Origin: Styela clava
Taxonomy: Eukaryota
Assembly (NCBI RefSeq): GCF_964204865.1
Contig: NC_135253.1
Location: 20,212,001-20,276,000, forward strand
Direction of reading: 5' to 3'
DNA length: 64,000 bases
Below, piece after piece: positions 39,501 through 51,617 of the stretch (the first letter of the stretch is position 1; each line of letters opens with the position of its first letter). Under the pieces are notes generated by a model, which was not told the origin of the DNA, ran no database searches, and worked only from the letters and a program-made list of their open reading frames with translations. Position numbers and translations under genes: made by a program.

Positions 39501-41392
39501 CTTGAAAAGTTGCCGTCTTTTGCTGTAAAACAAGTATTTGTGATAAAAACAGTTAGATTTTTTAAGTGCCTTGTTATTTTTAAAAAATTTGTTAGTTAAG
39601 AGCATATCCTAACCCTAAGCAGTGAAATTTCCTATGGTGTTATTTCCGGACACGTGTAGAATAGATGTCCTCATATTTATCCAGGGGAAAACAATGCCTA
39701 TGGAATGATTTTATTCGTATGGAGCATTGCAGCCACAGATATCAAATAATATATATGGAGCTACTATTTTTGACAGCCCTGAGTATTTGGTTGGACCTAC
39801 AGCTGTTTGTAATCTCCTGCTTTGACTTGAACATTCAAACGCTGTAATGACTGAAAATATACAGACACCTCCTCCTCTGTTCTATAAACTTCATTATACA
39901 CCAAAACTTTCCAGAATTACTTGTGTATATGGACATTTATCCTTCAATACAAACATATCATATATCTGAATACTTGATTTACCTTTGTTCAGAACATTGT
40001 TAGGAGGGAAATTCCATTGCACAGACAGCATTTCAAAATGGCGAATGTTGAAATTTAAAAAAAAATATTGTTTAAAAAGAACACATAAGTAATAAGTGCT
40101 CTTCAAACTGGTATATAATCAAGAGTTTGAAGCTATATTCACAACAATATTTTAATAAATTTATTTCAAAATCATAAATATACACTTTCTCATTTTTCAA
40201 AACGTCTTTTCAAAGTTTTGCATTTTGGGTTGAAGCCCTCGGCCACATACTATACTAATAGTCCTTCTATATTTCAGATAATAACAGAATCAGGACCAGT
40301 TTCTGCGGCATACGAGGTAACTGTAGAAAGTGGTCCCGTTGCTGTCGAAGAAGAAGGATATGAGGAATATGATGATGATGAACATTGCCTCAGTGCTTCA
40401 CAGCTTATGCAGGAAGCTGGTATGTTGATGAGTTTATTTTTATGGAATATGCAATAGAAACAAGAGAGCTACCCCCAAATATATGGACGCGCCTGTTCGC
40501 AGTACAGTACGGTTTATCGTACCGTCAGATCACAGTCTACAAATATATTAACACCAGCGAAGCAGTACATTCGGACACAAAATGGCATCCGATGTCCGCA
40601 GACCGTTCAGTGACGTCATAGCAAACAAAAACAAATCTCACAGAGCTAACAGAAATATTTGAAATAAATAAAAGTAATAGCCTTCTGGAGAAAAATTTCA
40701 TCTTTGACAACTAAAAATGTCAAAGCAATTGGTCAGTAATCAAAGAGAAAAGCAACTTTTTAGAATTTCCACTAGGTGTCCGAAAAGTATGACGAAGGAG
40801 GAAAATAAGAATAATATTGAAACGATCGCTATGTCCACCACGTGTCCAACAAGGCATCCATTTCTAGCCCAGTCATTCTCAGCCTTTATTCTTATGTTTA
40901 CAAATTTGTCTGCAAATTTCAAAAAAGAATATCACCCCAAATCTATTTTTTCGCTCCTATAAGGGTTCTATTGACAAAGGCGGCTCTGGAATAGGAAATT
41001 ATGAATGGATGGGATTTTGATGTCTAAAATTGATTGTGTTGAATTCACATAACTACAATTAATGCATACAGACAATGTATAAGACAATAATACCAATTCA
41101 TATTAGAAATAAAACAGCAATTCCAATTTTATTAATAACTTTCAAACATACAGTATATTTGTGCTAGAAGCACAGTTGCATCAACAATGCAAGATGGTTG
41201 CAATCTGCTCTGTTGGCAATGAATGGGAGCAGCCTGGTCTTGCAGTAGGCACAATGTGAATGTCTTTCCTACGAAATTAACCCTCAATACATGTTACTCC
41301 CTTGTTTTAATTATGGATTGTTTGTTTTTCCAGGTGTTGGGGACTCTGGATATGGCGGCTTTAACTATGAAGGCTATGATGAATATGACTGA
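6524..41392 (+). CDS. BRF1: Transcription factor IIIB 90 kDa subunit BRF1, 15 coding exons, 679 aa
   Basis: Exons 6524-6704, 7086-7160, 8603-8776, 9379-9410, 9676-9748, 32509-32752, 33551-33693, 34470-34529, 35195-35377, 35656-35837, 36791-36862, 37908-38015, 39110-39421, 40278-40419, 41334-41392. All introns are GT-AG and the exons sum to 2040 nt in frame. Contains a Zn ribbon (CPHC...CMGC), TFIIB cyclin repeats ([22 protein letters not shown]) and the Brf1 TBP-binding motif ([23 protein letters not shown]). Confidence 0.93.
7892..8554. mobile_element. Non-autonomous piggyBac-type element in BRF1 intron 2
   Basis: TTAA|CCCTTTCCATGCG ... CGCACGGAAAGGG|TTAA: TTAA target duplication and a 13-bp TIR with one mismatch. 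Confidence 0.8.
8777..9378 (+). other. U12-type (minor spliceosome) GT-AG intron, BRF1 intron 3
   Basis: 5' site GTATCCTTT, branch site TCCCTTAAC (9348-9356) about 22 nt before CAG (9378), no polypyrimidine tract. Splicing restores the conserved GTP-H-MLLD sequence. Confidence 0.9.
10871..11063. mobile_element. Merlin-like MITE, subfamily B (~190-215 bp)
   Basis: GG...CC termini and near-identical 8-bp flanks (CAAATAAG/CAAATATG). Shared core GTACCAATATGGAGGTAACTAATTTTG. Other copies at 17709-17926, 24393-24606, 26887-27100, ~30680-30860, 31397-31604, ~41763-41942, ~52395-52587, plus a deleted copy at 54901-54975 with perfect TSD CAATTTAG. Confidence 0.72.
11241..18498 (-). CDS. BTBD6: BTB/POZ-BACK-PHR protein, BTBD3/BTBD6 ortholog, 10 exons, 485 aa, nested antisense in BRF1 intron 5
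   Basis: Exons 18498-18398, 17649-17483, 17130-16983, 16675-16474, 16143-15898, 15083-14965, 13913-13792, 13264-13123, 12226-12075, 11299-11241; total 1458 nt in frame. Motifs: [21 protein letters not shown] (BTB), [25 protein letters not shown] (BACK), [18 protein letters not shown] and [14 protein letters not shown] (PHR). Probably co-orthologous to both BTBD3 and BTBD6. Confidence 0.9.
11533..11631. mobile_element. Merlin-like MITE, short palindromic form (~100-115 bp)
   Basis: TIR core ACCAAGATGGCGCACAACCT and 8-bp flanks CTAATTTC/CTAATTCC. Other copies at 37568-37677, 44911-45016, 46295-46407, 46587-46699, 50341-50454. Confidence 0.72.
11779..12036 (+). mobile_element. Helentron-associated (HINE/DINE-1-like) non-autonomous element
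   Basis: Subterminal inverted repeat ACTTATCGAT...(ATC)GATAAGT, (TCTG)n microsatellite, 3' hairpin TCGGTC..GACCGA, T-rich ends. Other copies at ~34594-34878(+) and ~42384-42587(-). Confidence 0.6.
19260..20216 (-). CDS. MGME1: Mitochondrial genome maintenance exonuclease 1 (PD-(D/E)XK nuclease), intronless CDS, nested in BRF1 intron 5
   Basis: Motifs [38 protein letters not shown]...KLCIVDWK and YQVAAYVGA match MGME1. The first ATG after the splice acceptor at 20263-20265 gives 318 aa; the start is uncertain. Confidence 0.88.
   Translation of the reverse strand: MSCTFKLFSKCQTTKFGCMVFMNQRLNISNTQNMLCPKEDTYNKTTFFGGKNLKNWTQEEMEMLTETEKCLPLMETIMDSPLFIDDWEEMSKKDKDKYAVLSDVFSHDKIQSVSIILKNTIHPIKEAILNRWKKKKIEELGEQGFLEYSKNILSEGHHLHKLIQDYLNKVITIKGDGSAHWESMKPVLREISPDDVHCVEADVNHPMLFYHGRLDCAIKYKNKLCIVDWKLATKKKDNLKDLYDAPYQVAAYVGAFNISKDSSEQVANAIIVQGYRDGSPATVHYLNEFALEFYWKGWLRRLARNHARKLNTQLTDDT
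25890..30209 (+). CDS. Uncharacterised 444-aa protein, 5 exons, nested same-strand in BRF1 intron 5
   Basis: Exons 25890-26046, 26703-26848, 27669-27892, 28844-28999, 29558-30209 have canonical donors (GTAAGA, GTTAGT, GTGAGT, GTAAGT) and pyrimidine-rich acceptors; total 1335 nt with no internal stop. Basic N-terminal half and acidic low-complexity C-terminal half; no family recognised. Confidence 0.75.
28492..28632. mobile_element. hAT-type MITE
   Basis: 8-bp TSD GCCTAGTG on both sides; imperfect TIRs AAGCGTTTCCCAAACT / AGTTTGAAAAACGCTG. Confidence 0.65.
29055..29346. mobile_element. hAT-type MITE
   Basis: TIRs CAGGGGTGTGCAAC / GTTGCACACCCCTG; 8-bp flanks GTTCGAAC/GTTTAAAC. Confidence 0.7.
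36464..36681. mobile_element. hAT-type MITE
   Basis: Perfect 8-bp TSD ATGTGAAC; TIRs CAACGTTCCCTCTAAG / CTTAGAAAGAACGTTG. Confidence 0.75.
36989..37133 (+). repeat. Minisatellite, ~51-bp unit x ~3
   Basis: CTGCTAAAACGCTTAAAAACAGTGAAAA(A)CCGTC... occurs three times in tandem in BRF1 intron 11. Confidence 0.85.
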
Positions 41393-43857
41393 TGTGACAA
41401 AGCTGTCGATGTCAATTTTCCTTCCACCAAAGTCTGGGAATGAGAAAGTGATTGAAGATAGTTTTAAAATGGGTTCAGATTATTTCTTATGAGAACCTGC
41501 CTGTTTTGCTAGAACGTATGGCTTTTTGGGTGGAGTAAGCTGTAGTATCACTACTGAATAAGAAGGAGAACATTGTGAAATTATCAGGGACTTAATTTCT
41601 GAACTAATTTACTATTTGACTTATTGCCGTACAAAAGGTTACTTGTTATGATATTTGGTGATGCATGCTTTGCTGCTATGATGTTTTTTATGATATTGGT
41701 TAGGTATTGTACATTTTCACTCAGAACAAAGTTAACCACAATCACAAATATATACAGTAATCAGCGCTACAGAAGTATGTGTACCAATATGGAGGTAACT
41801 AATTTTGTTTGCCTACTTTACATCAAGTCGTCTAAAGGGACTGAAATTTATGGGCAGGAACAGAACCCGAACTCGTAATATAACTGAAGTAAGGCAAATT
41901 GGAATAAAATTATGGCCTAACCCTAACCTGGTACACATACTGTAATCTGCTAGTAATACCTAATACCTAAAAACTAATACCAGTAATCTGCTATTTGATT
42001 GAAAGTACCAGATTCTCACTGGTTTGCCGTACACCCCCAGGGTGTGGTCAGGAATTCTCAAAGGAGGGGGGTTTCTGAAATTTTCAAGTTAAAGTGTAAC
42101 AGTAAACAGATCTGGCCGGAAAGTGTGGGTTCTCAAGTGTCTGGAAGGTCTAAAAAGCGTTTTTAAGCTTTGAAAAATTGCTATGATACTAAAGAATCTT
42201 TTTACATTTCAAAAGGAGGGGGGTCCGACCTTTAACCCTCCTGGTTATGCCCATACCCAACGTATTTTACCCTGGGTAGGAAGGCAGATACCCAAGATCT
42301 TCAACCTGTGATGTAACATTAACCTTATGCCCCCCATATCAATCCGGCATGTAATTAATTTCAGATATAAGTTGCAATGTAATAAACGAGAATATCGGAC
42401 GGAGACCGAAGACTTATCGATCGAAAGTTAGGGGATCCTTTAAAACAGCGCTCTTACTCCATAGTGACACCTTGTGTCCCATCACTTATTCAATCTCGCT
42501 TTCGTGAAATATCGTGTGCATCTAACGGACAGACAGACAGACAAATACCTATCAACATACTCACCAATTAAAATCGATAAGTAATAACAATGCAGAAATG
42601 GATAATAGAAGCTTTTTTCACATCGCAAGATGTCATTGCTATACCATTTGAACTAAACCTTTCTAAGTTATCCTGTAAAGTTGCCTTTTTCCGAGTTTAC
42701 TCAATTTAGGAATGATAAAATAAATTAATTAAAGTAAGTTATATCAAGATTTATTTATTTACACGATTTTGTTGTTCTCCCATAAAGGTTGGTTTCAATT
42801 GTGTTGAAGCTTATATGTTGAAAATTTTATTTTATCAAATTGTTGTAACTAGAATAAGGACATTGAAATCACGCTGAGGATTGTGATTTTTTCGGATCAT
42901 GAATATGTTAAAATCAATGACTTATTAATGACCGAAATCAATAACATGTTACGTCAATATAGTCGGTCCAAGAACATCATACCCAGTCGAATCTCGACAA
43001 TCAAATCCAAATATTAATCAGAAAATGTTTAAATGGAAATTCGTAAAATAATCTGTATCTCGTGGGTTTTCCATGTTTTTCTACTAATTAAGGTTTGGTT
43101 GAAATTGTGGAAGTGCTTTATTATTACCGATTGAAAAAATGTCACGTGCTTTATCAATCAGTGGTATTAGGTAAGTATTGTTGCTAGATTGATGGCCGTG
43201 GGACTTTTGTTTTTCCAGTTTCCAGTCATGATTTTCTTGAAGTTCCTATTTATTGTGTTCAACATTCTTATGATTTATTCAAAATATTGTTCTCATTTGG
43301 GTACTCCTGAAGTATGTGAACCAAGATAGCGGACCCCGGAATGTAGTATGCGTACCAGGTTAGGGTTATGCCATAATTCAGGTAAAAATACTACATGAGT
43401 CACTTGGCTAGGCTAGTCCTCATAGCTTGTGATAGAATTAAAATAAGGAAAATTGAAATAAAATTATGGCCTGACTCTAACGTGGTACACATATTACATT
43501 CCGGTGTCCGCTATCTTGGTTCACATATTTCGGGAGTACCTTCATTTGTGTGTCTTTGATAATTTATTTGACCTCGTGACTAAAGCCTTATTTTTGTACG
43601 ATAGTCTTTTTAGGCCACAAACAGCTAGCTGTACTGTTCTCTACCAATTGTCAGTGTGGCTGTTCAAGAAATATTTTGATTTGTGGCTTTTCATTTTCTG
43701 TGCCCTATGAATTACTACTGAATTCCACCATATTTTTTTTTTTTAAATTTCTCAAAACTATGTTGCCACATTTTTTCTTGAATATTGTTTTTTCTATATA
43801 TCAAGGGAATCTTTTGCTAAATTTTCTTATTTTATTTTGCTGTTTTTATAGCATAAA

Positions 43858-46800
43858 ATGATAAATAGTCCAAGTACATCTGGTAATGGTGCTCCTGAAC
43901 TGCCTGGTTTTTACTTTGATTCAGAACGGAATCGTTACTTTCGACTTTTACCAGGAACAAACAACCACAATCCTTTAACAAGAGACAGAATTTCAAGAAA
44001 GAAACGTAAATTAATTCCACCGGAAAAAAATACAGAAAAATCTGCTCGAGTACGGAATGTAACTGACTTACTCAGAAGAAATGAAATTGGACAGAAAAAT
44101 TATGGTCCATTGACAAACTATCGTACAGAAATAGTGAAAGCGGAAATAAAATGTTACGACCAGTTTGAAATTCATCCGCAAGACACAGATCCTGGAGTTA
44201 CCGTAATTATGCATGCTGATCACAAATATAATAAACTCATCCAATGTTTAACTAAAAAAGGAAACTCAATAATAAATGTATCAGACTCTGTTCAACAAAA
44301 TATTGCACAGGTAGGCTTTGCACATTTCAATAGCATCAAATTTATGACCGAATTTCCTCTGCCACGTACCGCTTATACACACATTGGAAAATCAATTCTG
44401 GGATATTGGGCCCCAGGCATTAACAGACTACCTTACCAGGTTGTGTTGAAAGGTGCAACTCCGTTCACATGTGCTCTTTCTCGTAACAATGGATGCAAGT
44501 ATTTCGCAAGTTATTCTAAAGGTGAGATAGGACGAATTTGTTATATTTATCATTACCGTAATAAGTTGCAGAACTGTTTTAGAGATATGAAGAAATTGAT
44601 GGCTTGAGAATATGACAAACTGTCACAGATACGACATGTTAAAAATGCAGATTTGTGTGTGTGTGTGTGTGTTTATTTCGATTTCCCGTTACAACAAAAC
44701 AAACAAACGAAAATCAGGAAAGTAGGCAAAATCTGAAAAAGATTTTAGACATGCTGATGCACGTGCCCACTTTGTCTTTGCTCTGAACAAGTCTCCGCAC
44801 AACCACCGGTATCTAACAAACTACTATTCTCGCATTGCCTACCCAATTTATTACACCTTGGGGGAGGCGAGCTTGATTTTTTTCAAATACAGCCAAAGCA
44901 TGTCATAAAGGGTGCTCCCGTTGTATTCGTACCGAGATGGCGCACAACCTGAACATAGTATGTGTACCAGGTTAGCAGGTTGTGTGCCATCTTGGTACGA
45001 ATACCACGGGAGCACCTAATAAAGTGCTCTTTATGTATGTGCTGTTACATATTCAGATAAATAATGTGGCGAGCTTTGGGTTGAACTCGAGAATATTCAA
45101 TTCACTAAGCCAAATTGATTAATCTAACTTTTTTCAGGCAATCAAGTCGTACTTGTTTCAAACGTGCCTGCGTTCTTTCGATGCTCTTCTTCACTTCATT
45201 CACTAGGTGGCCCTGGGTATTCAATCATCAAACTTAAACGAGACGTCCTGGCTCAAAGTTTCGGAATTCCACAAAATATTCATCATAGTGGTTTGAGAGG
45301 TGGAAGTATTGTTTCGCTTGATTTCAGGCGATCTAGAAAGAACTGCGTCTTATTTTCCATGGATTCAAAATTACGTAAGTGTCATGCATGACTTTTGACC
45401 GCAGCTTTCTCACTATCTATGTGTTTTCACTTGGTAACCATTTTTATATCTAGCTTTTCCTGGTCACAGTTGAAAGATTGCTACTCTCTCAATGATTTAG
45501 CGACATGAAATGCAAAGCATTCGGAGCAAAAGGCTTTTAAAAAATGCATATATTTGTTTTCCGTTCCTCTAAATCTCAATTAGATCTTGGGTGCTGATGC
45601 TTGATAGTCGTCTTTGTTCCCATGCGCCTTCCCTTATGTAGGATAGGATTTACATATTTTTCCCACATGAGAGGAAAGCCGATAACATGGCTTAAAAATA
45701 TGGCGAACCACGGCCTCTCGTTCAGTCACCATTCCATGTAGGGTATGGGATTAGTTAGTTATTTGTTTTCAGTAACATGGACTTGATGATGGAGGAAGCC
45801 GTAACCGACCAGCGGTCACGTGAACCACCCCAGCAATCCTCTCGCATATAACTATCCCAGCATCGGATTCGAACCTGCAAACCCACGCAGAGTAATCAGA
45901 GATGCGGTGGCGAGCGTATTCCTAACGCTTAACACGATGAGCTACACTGCAGAGCCATCATTATTGTGTGCTTTTGTATTTGTATCTTTTTTTTATTAGC
46001 TGATTTGAAAAGATAATCTTGACACTGACTTTTCAGGCCAAAATGTTGCTGAGATCTTACCTTTGAAAGATGAAATCAGCCTGATTGCTGCGTACAGAAA
46101 CCCTGGAGAAATCCACAAAATATTACTCTGGGATATGAGATTCACGGCAAAACCTGTACTTGAGTATAAATCAAACTGTATAGAGAACAGGTATGTTATT
46201 TCACCAGGGGTATGGAGTCTAGTATCATCTGCTATCGACTGTGGGTTGAATAAAAATTTCAACTCGAGCTCTGAACCACTGGATAAATTTAAATGGTGCG
46301 CCCGAAGTATTTGTACCAAGATGACGCACAACCTGAACATAGTATGTGTACCAGGTTAGGGTTGTTCAGGTTGTGTGTCTTTTTGGTACGAATACTTCCG
46401 GAACACCATTTTATTAATATAACTTTGGCGTATACACAGCTCTGAGGGCACTTAACAAACTTATTTTTAGTTTATGGTAAGATTTGACTTCTGTTGTCAC
46501 CATTTATGAATTAAAAAAAAAATAACAAAGAATAAAAACCGTAGTGAATCAACTCAATATTTTTGTATTATTCATGTACAGTTTTGGGTGCTTCCGAAGT
46601 ATCCTTACCAAGATGGCGCACAACCTGACCATAGTATGTTTGCCAGGTTAGGGTTGTTCAGGTTGTGCGTCATCTTGGTACGAATACTTCAAGAGTGCCC
46701 AGTATTGACTGCTATCACCATTATTAAATTGAAAAATCAATTCTGACTCCCGAATGGAGAGATTTATAAAAAACTTCAATAAAATTGCTAAACTCCGACT

Positions 46801-47925
46801 CCACCATCTTGTATTGCACATATTATTGAATATTTTGGCTTTTCTCGAGCATATTTCCATTTTCTGTTAAGTAGTGAAGTAACTTCATTCATATCTTAAT
46901 TAGCTTGTCTAGGTATTAGCCAAACGTAGCCAATACGACGGCTTAACCATATGGCGAACCATGACCTTGCGTCCGGTTATCATTCCATGTCGGGTATGAG
47001 ATTAGTCAGTTACTTGTTTTCGGAAGCATGGACTTAGTGGTGGAGAAAGCCGTAACCGGCCAACAGTTACGTTAACCACCCAACAGTGGCGAGGTGTCTA
47101 GCAATCCTCTCGCACATAACTATCCCCACATGGGATTCGAACCTGCAAACCCACGCAGAGTAATCAGAGGTGTGGTGGCAAGCATATTCCTAAAGCTTGG
47201 CCTGATGAGGCACACCGCGCTTTAATTAGCTTGTCTAGTTATTCAGAAGTAGCTAACCACTATATATCACTAATCATTTCAATAGAAAGGTCATCTGGGC
47301 TCGCCTCAATCATGGAGTTTCACAAATGTTGTCTGGTTCCTACAATATTATACCTAACTTGACCCAGACCAAGGCATGAATCCCACTTTATATTCTCACT
47401 TTACACCCATTTGTCCCACAATCTAGCCTATATCTATCTAAACTAACAACACTTCATTGGGCTTGGTGAATGGAAAGGCTCTTTTAGTGTAAAAGCCGGT
47501 TTGTACCAATTATATTTATCACTTTTCCTCTTTTAGATCATAAAACTTCAGTACAGTGTTCAGTTGATTTTGATTGTGGGCTCTCAAGTGTTTCTTGGTG
47601 ATCTTACTTAAATGAAATTTATTCTTTCAGGTGCACAGATGACATTCCATACCACTTTGCCGTCAATGTAGACCTTGATGAAATGATTCTTACTTCAGTG
47701 TTGCCAGATTTGAGAGCAAGATTCTGGTCAGTAAGAAGCGGAGAAATTGTTAAAACATATCCTGGCCCAGATGATTCAGACTTAAAAATCACTACCGCTG
47801 CTTATAGCAATAACTGGAAACTTCTCGGTGGGGATTCGGCAATATTTTATGCGGTACATAATCAAGGATTTTGGTTTTGTCCTTTTTCTGAAGATGTTAC
47901 GAACTCTTATCATGGACGAAGGTAG
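43858..47925 (+). CDS. DCAF4: DDB1- and CUL4-associated factor 4-like (WD40), 4 coding exons, 449 aa
   Basis: The N-terminal PELPGFYFDSERNRYFRLLPGTNNHNPLT is the DCAF4 signature, and a WDxR motif (LLWDMR) is present. Exons 43858-44521, 45138-45374, 46037-46190, 47631-47925 sum to 1350 nt. Probable 5' UTR intron at 43171-43851. Confidence 0.82.
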
Positions 47926-49141
47926 TTTTCATTATAGGCAGGGCTGCCTTCGATATGAGCAAAAATAAGGACATCGGGGAAATGTAATAATAAGATAACA
48001 AGGAACAAAATGTATTCATGCCAGTGCGACCCGTATAATCATACTTTGCACCAGCTGTTTCCGTTCCATCTCACTTCTAAGTTCACTTACGCCATGAATG
48101 CGCCTAGCAATCAATGAGGTTCTAATATCATTTCTAGCAAATCAATCATTCAAATTGACTAATCTAAGTGCCTGGTATTAGAACCTCTACAGAGGAAACC
48201 TTCAAAATAGGGACAAATCTTAGAAATAAGGCCGTTTTGGCAACCCTGATCATAGGTCATATTGGTACACTTCCATACATAGCACTTGTCCCACTGGTGT
48301 AAAGCTAGGATAGGATTGTTATACTTATCCCAGGGGAGATGAATTTGGATAAGATGGCCTAATTATATTGCGTACCACGGCCTCTCGTCAGGTTACCTGT
48401 CCAAGTATTGGATCCGATCCATTAGCCAGCATCACGAACTTGGTGTTGGAGGAAAGTCGCAATCGACCAGCGTTTATGAGACCACCATACAGTGGCGAGA
48501 AGTCCAGCAATCCTATTCACAAATTGTATACCTGCAATTGTATTGAATTTACCTTTAAGGGCAGTCACTGTCAATATGATTTAATAATCAGACCCTAATA
48601 CCTATTTCGTGTACTGCTGCTTCTCTGAGCACAATTTCAATAAACTATTTTCATTAAAGTAACACCTGTGTGTAAAATCATTAGCTTGTAAAGCTGTAGT
48701 TCCCTTAAATTTTTAAGTTTACTTTCGTGTGACATTTCTAGTTCAGCCATTAGATCTCGCGAATGATCAAACCAGAATCATGTTTTTTATTGGATCTGTG
48801 GTTTGTCACATTTTTACTGATATCAGAGATGTAGTCACCATTCCAAGTCCATAACCAAATCAGGAGAAAGAATAGGGTTGATAAAGCTTTCTGAACAGAC
48901 AGTTAACGCAGGCTTGAAAACTATTTTCTGTGATCAAATTTTTAAAGACTTCATTTGTAGTAGAAAATCAAAACTAAGAAGATTGAGTCTTTTTGTATCG
49001 CTATGTTTGGTTAGAATTTTTCCCGGACTTGACTGACGGTGCAATATATTTTTGCCTTGTGAGTGACCTGCGTTTGTTGTCATTTGGGATAAACATTAGT
49101 GAGATAATCCTTCACCATCCGAGGTTATTATTGGTCTAGTT

Positions 49142-49550
49142 CAGGGGTTCTCAAACCAGGGATCGCGACCCCAAATTGGGGCGGAGTGATAAGTGGGTAG
49201 GGTCGCAAATAGGTCCTAGGGTCGCTGAGTTATGGTCGAGGATGGATGCACAAAACATCTTAGATTTGACAAACCATGCTAAATTTAGCGATTTGTACCA
49301 TGGCTTACTGTAAAACAGGCCCACAGGCATCGCTCTATGTTTATGCTATAGAAAATGTAGGTGATTATTGTGACATCACTGTTTGGTTTTAGCTTATTTT
49401 ACTTGATACCACGACATGACCAAATTCAAAAGTCCAGTGAAAGAAGGTCTAAAGTTCCATGAAAAATATATATTTTGACCTGGGGTCGCACTGGACACTT
49501 GAAAGTTGTCTTTGGGGTCGTCCTGAAAAAAGCTTTAACCCTAACCCCTG
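49142..49550. mobile_element. hAT (Charlie/Buster-like) MITE
   Basis: Perfect TSD GTCTAGTT; termini CAGGGGTT...AACCCCTG; repeated GGGTCGC subterminal motifs. Confidence 0.78.
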
Positions 49551-51617
49551 GTCTAGTTATTATACCCGCAAGAGACCGCTGTATCATAATACCAAATAAT
49601 GGAATCTAGAAGATTAGATCATTTTATTCGGGGGAATATGAAAGACTGCATGGCTACTTAATCATATAGCGCAGGTGTACTCAACTATTTTTACCGAAGA
49701 TCCACATACAAAAATATTTGGGTCCGGTCTTTCCAGAAATTATATTTCGGCATTCTTAAACACGTAACTCCTCAGCCAACTAATGATTATTATTAGCTAT
49801 TGTTTATTATGGCGTTTCAGTTCTTTTCATATATATTTAAATTTATAAAATGATTTTATAAAAGGAAACTTCAAAAGTGGGGCTAATGATCCAAAATGAA
49901 AAATTAGGCGCGGTCCGAATCGAATACCAGAAAAGTCCGGATTCGAACCGCCAGTTGGGTAGCACTGATATCTCTCTTCATGTACCAGGTCTGTTACAGA
50001 CATCTGCGATCATGGCCTTCCATTCCAATCTGTTGTTAGTTCTCCTGATGAGTTCATCGTTGGAGGATTCTTTCTTCGATACGTAGTGTGTTGTCTTCCC
50101 CTACTTTTGGTACCACAAATCTTTCCACACACTATTTGCTTTTCTATCCCAGTTGGGTAGCGCTGATATAGCGTACTATATGATATAACCAAAATATTGT
50201 ATCTAAGATAAGATGCTACCACTCACCAGTCCATACGCCTGATTTCTTCTACCTTGAACTACAAAAAATCACATTCCCAGGAAATGAACAAAACAAACCT
50301 CATGCTTTTTAATCTCCTAAATTCACCCGTTACAAAGTTCGGAGCTCCAGAAGTATGTGAAACAAGATGGCGCACAACCTGAACATAGTACCTAGGTGTA
50401 CCAGGTTAGGGTTCAGGTTGTGTGCCATCTTGGTGCACGTACTTCGGGAGCGCCCAAAATTCTACCAATGTTCTGCGAAGCGCAACCCTTACCATGTATG
50501 AATATCCATTTTTGTGCGTGTTTTCTGATCACTGAAACAAGCATCCCTACTTTTACGTGAGTCATCTTCAACTGTGAACCTCATGCACAAAAGCGAATAT
50601 GAGTTGGATGGCCATATCACTCGTTCTCGACTACACCAAAATATTAAGGCTTTGACGGAATGATAAAACTTGTTCTCATATGGCTATGATATAAGGCCCA
50701 CTTATTCCAGAAGCCCAAATACTGAATAAAAATGAACGTGGAAAAGGGAGCATTTAATGAAAAATATGATTGAAAATTGCCAAAAAGGAAAAAGGCAAAA
50801 TATTTAGACATTTGGCAGTTATATGGTATCAAACAATGATAAATGCAAATGTTGAGGATAAACAAAGCACAACTGGTGTAGACAAAACAATGGATTTTTT
50901 TAGAGTTAAATTTCTCTACAGAAAAACTTCATCACAACATGATGGTGAAGACCTTAGTGTGTATATATGGCAAAGAAAATTATCAAGTTGTGAAATGTAA
51001 TTTGAAAACATGATAGCAGTTTCGCACTATGCATTCAAATGGTTATCGAAAATTGGTCAATTTTTTCTTCCAGGATAAATGTAAAAAATATATGTGGTGA
51101 CAAAGAACTACAGAGCATTGGACCATTCTTAAGGGTTGAATATGTAGGATGCACCATCTCCTATATAAAGTCACACTAAATGACTAATTTTGCTAATCAA
51201 GACACCTGTGAATTGTCAGTACTATATATTACTATCATTTGTCAAATCAATGTTGTCATCAATTGCTAAATAGGTGCTTTTGTCAGAGTATTTTGCTTAT
51301 AACCATCTTGAATGCCTGAGAGCTTCATGGCCAGGCTGGTTATTTATTTAGGGGATATACATTATAAAAACACTTCTATTTGGAATTAATATTAGGAATA
51401 AAACTATTTGATGAAGTTTAAGAAATTTACTGGGCAAAGGCACTTCAAAGTACTTAATAAATAAGTTTCTTATGTTTCTGGCTACAAACGCCAGATAACA
51501 TCATATCAATGGAGCTTGCATTTAGCAAAATGTCAATGATTAATAAAATTAATCCTGATAAATAGAAGGCAATCTAGATGAGACTCTTCAAAGTTGACAA
51601 TCACCATATGTTCAATC

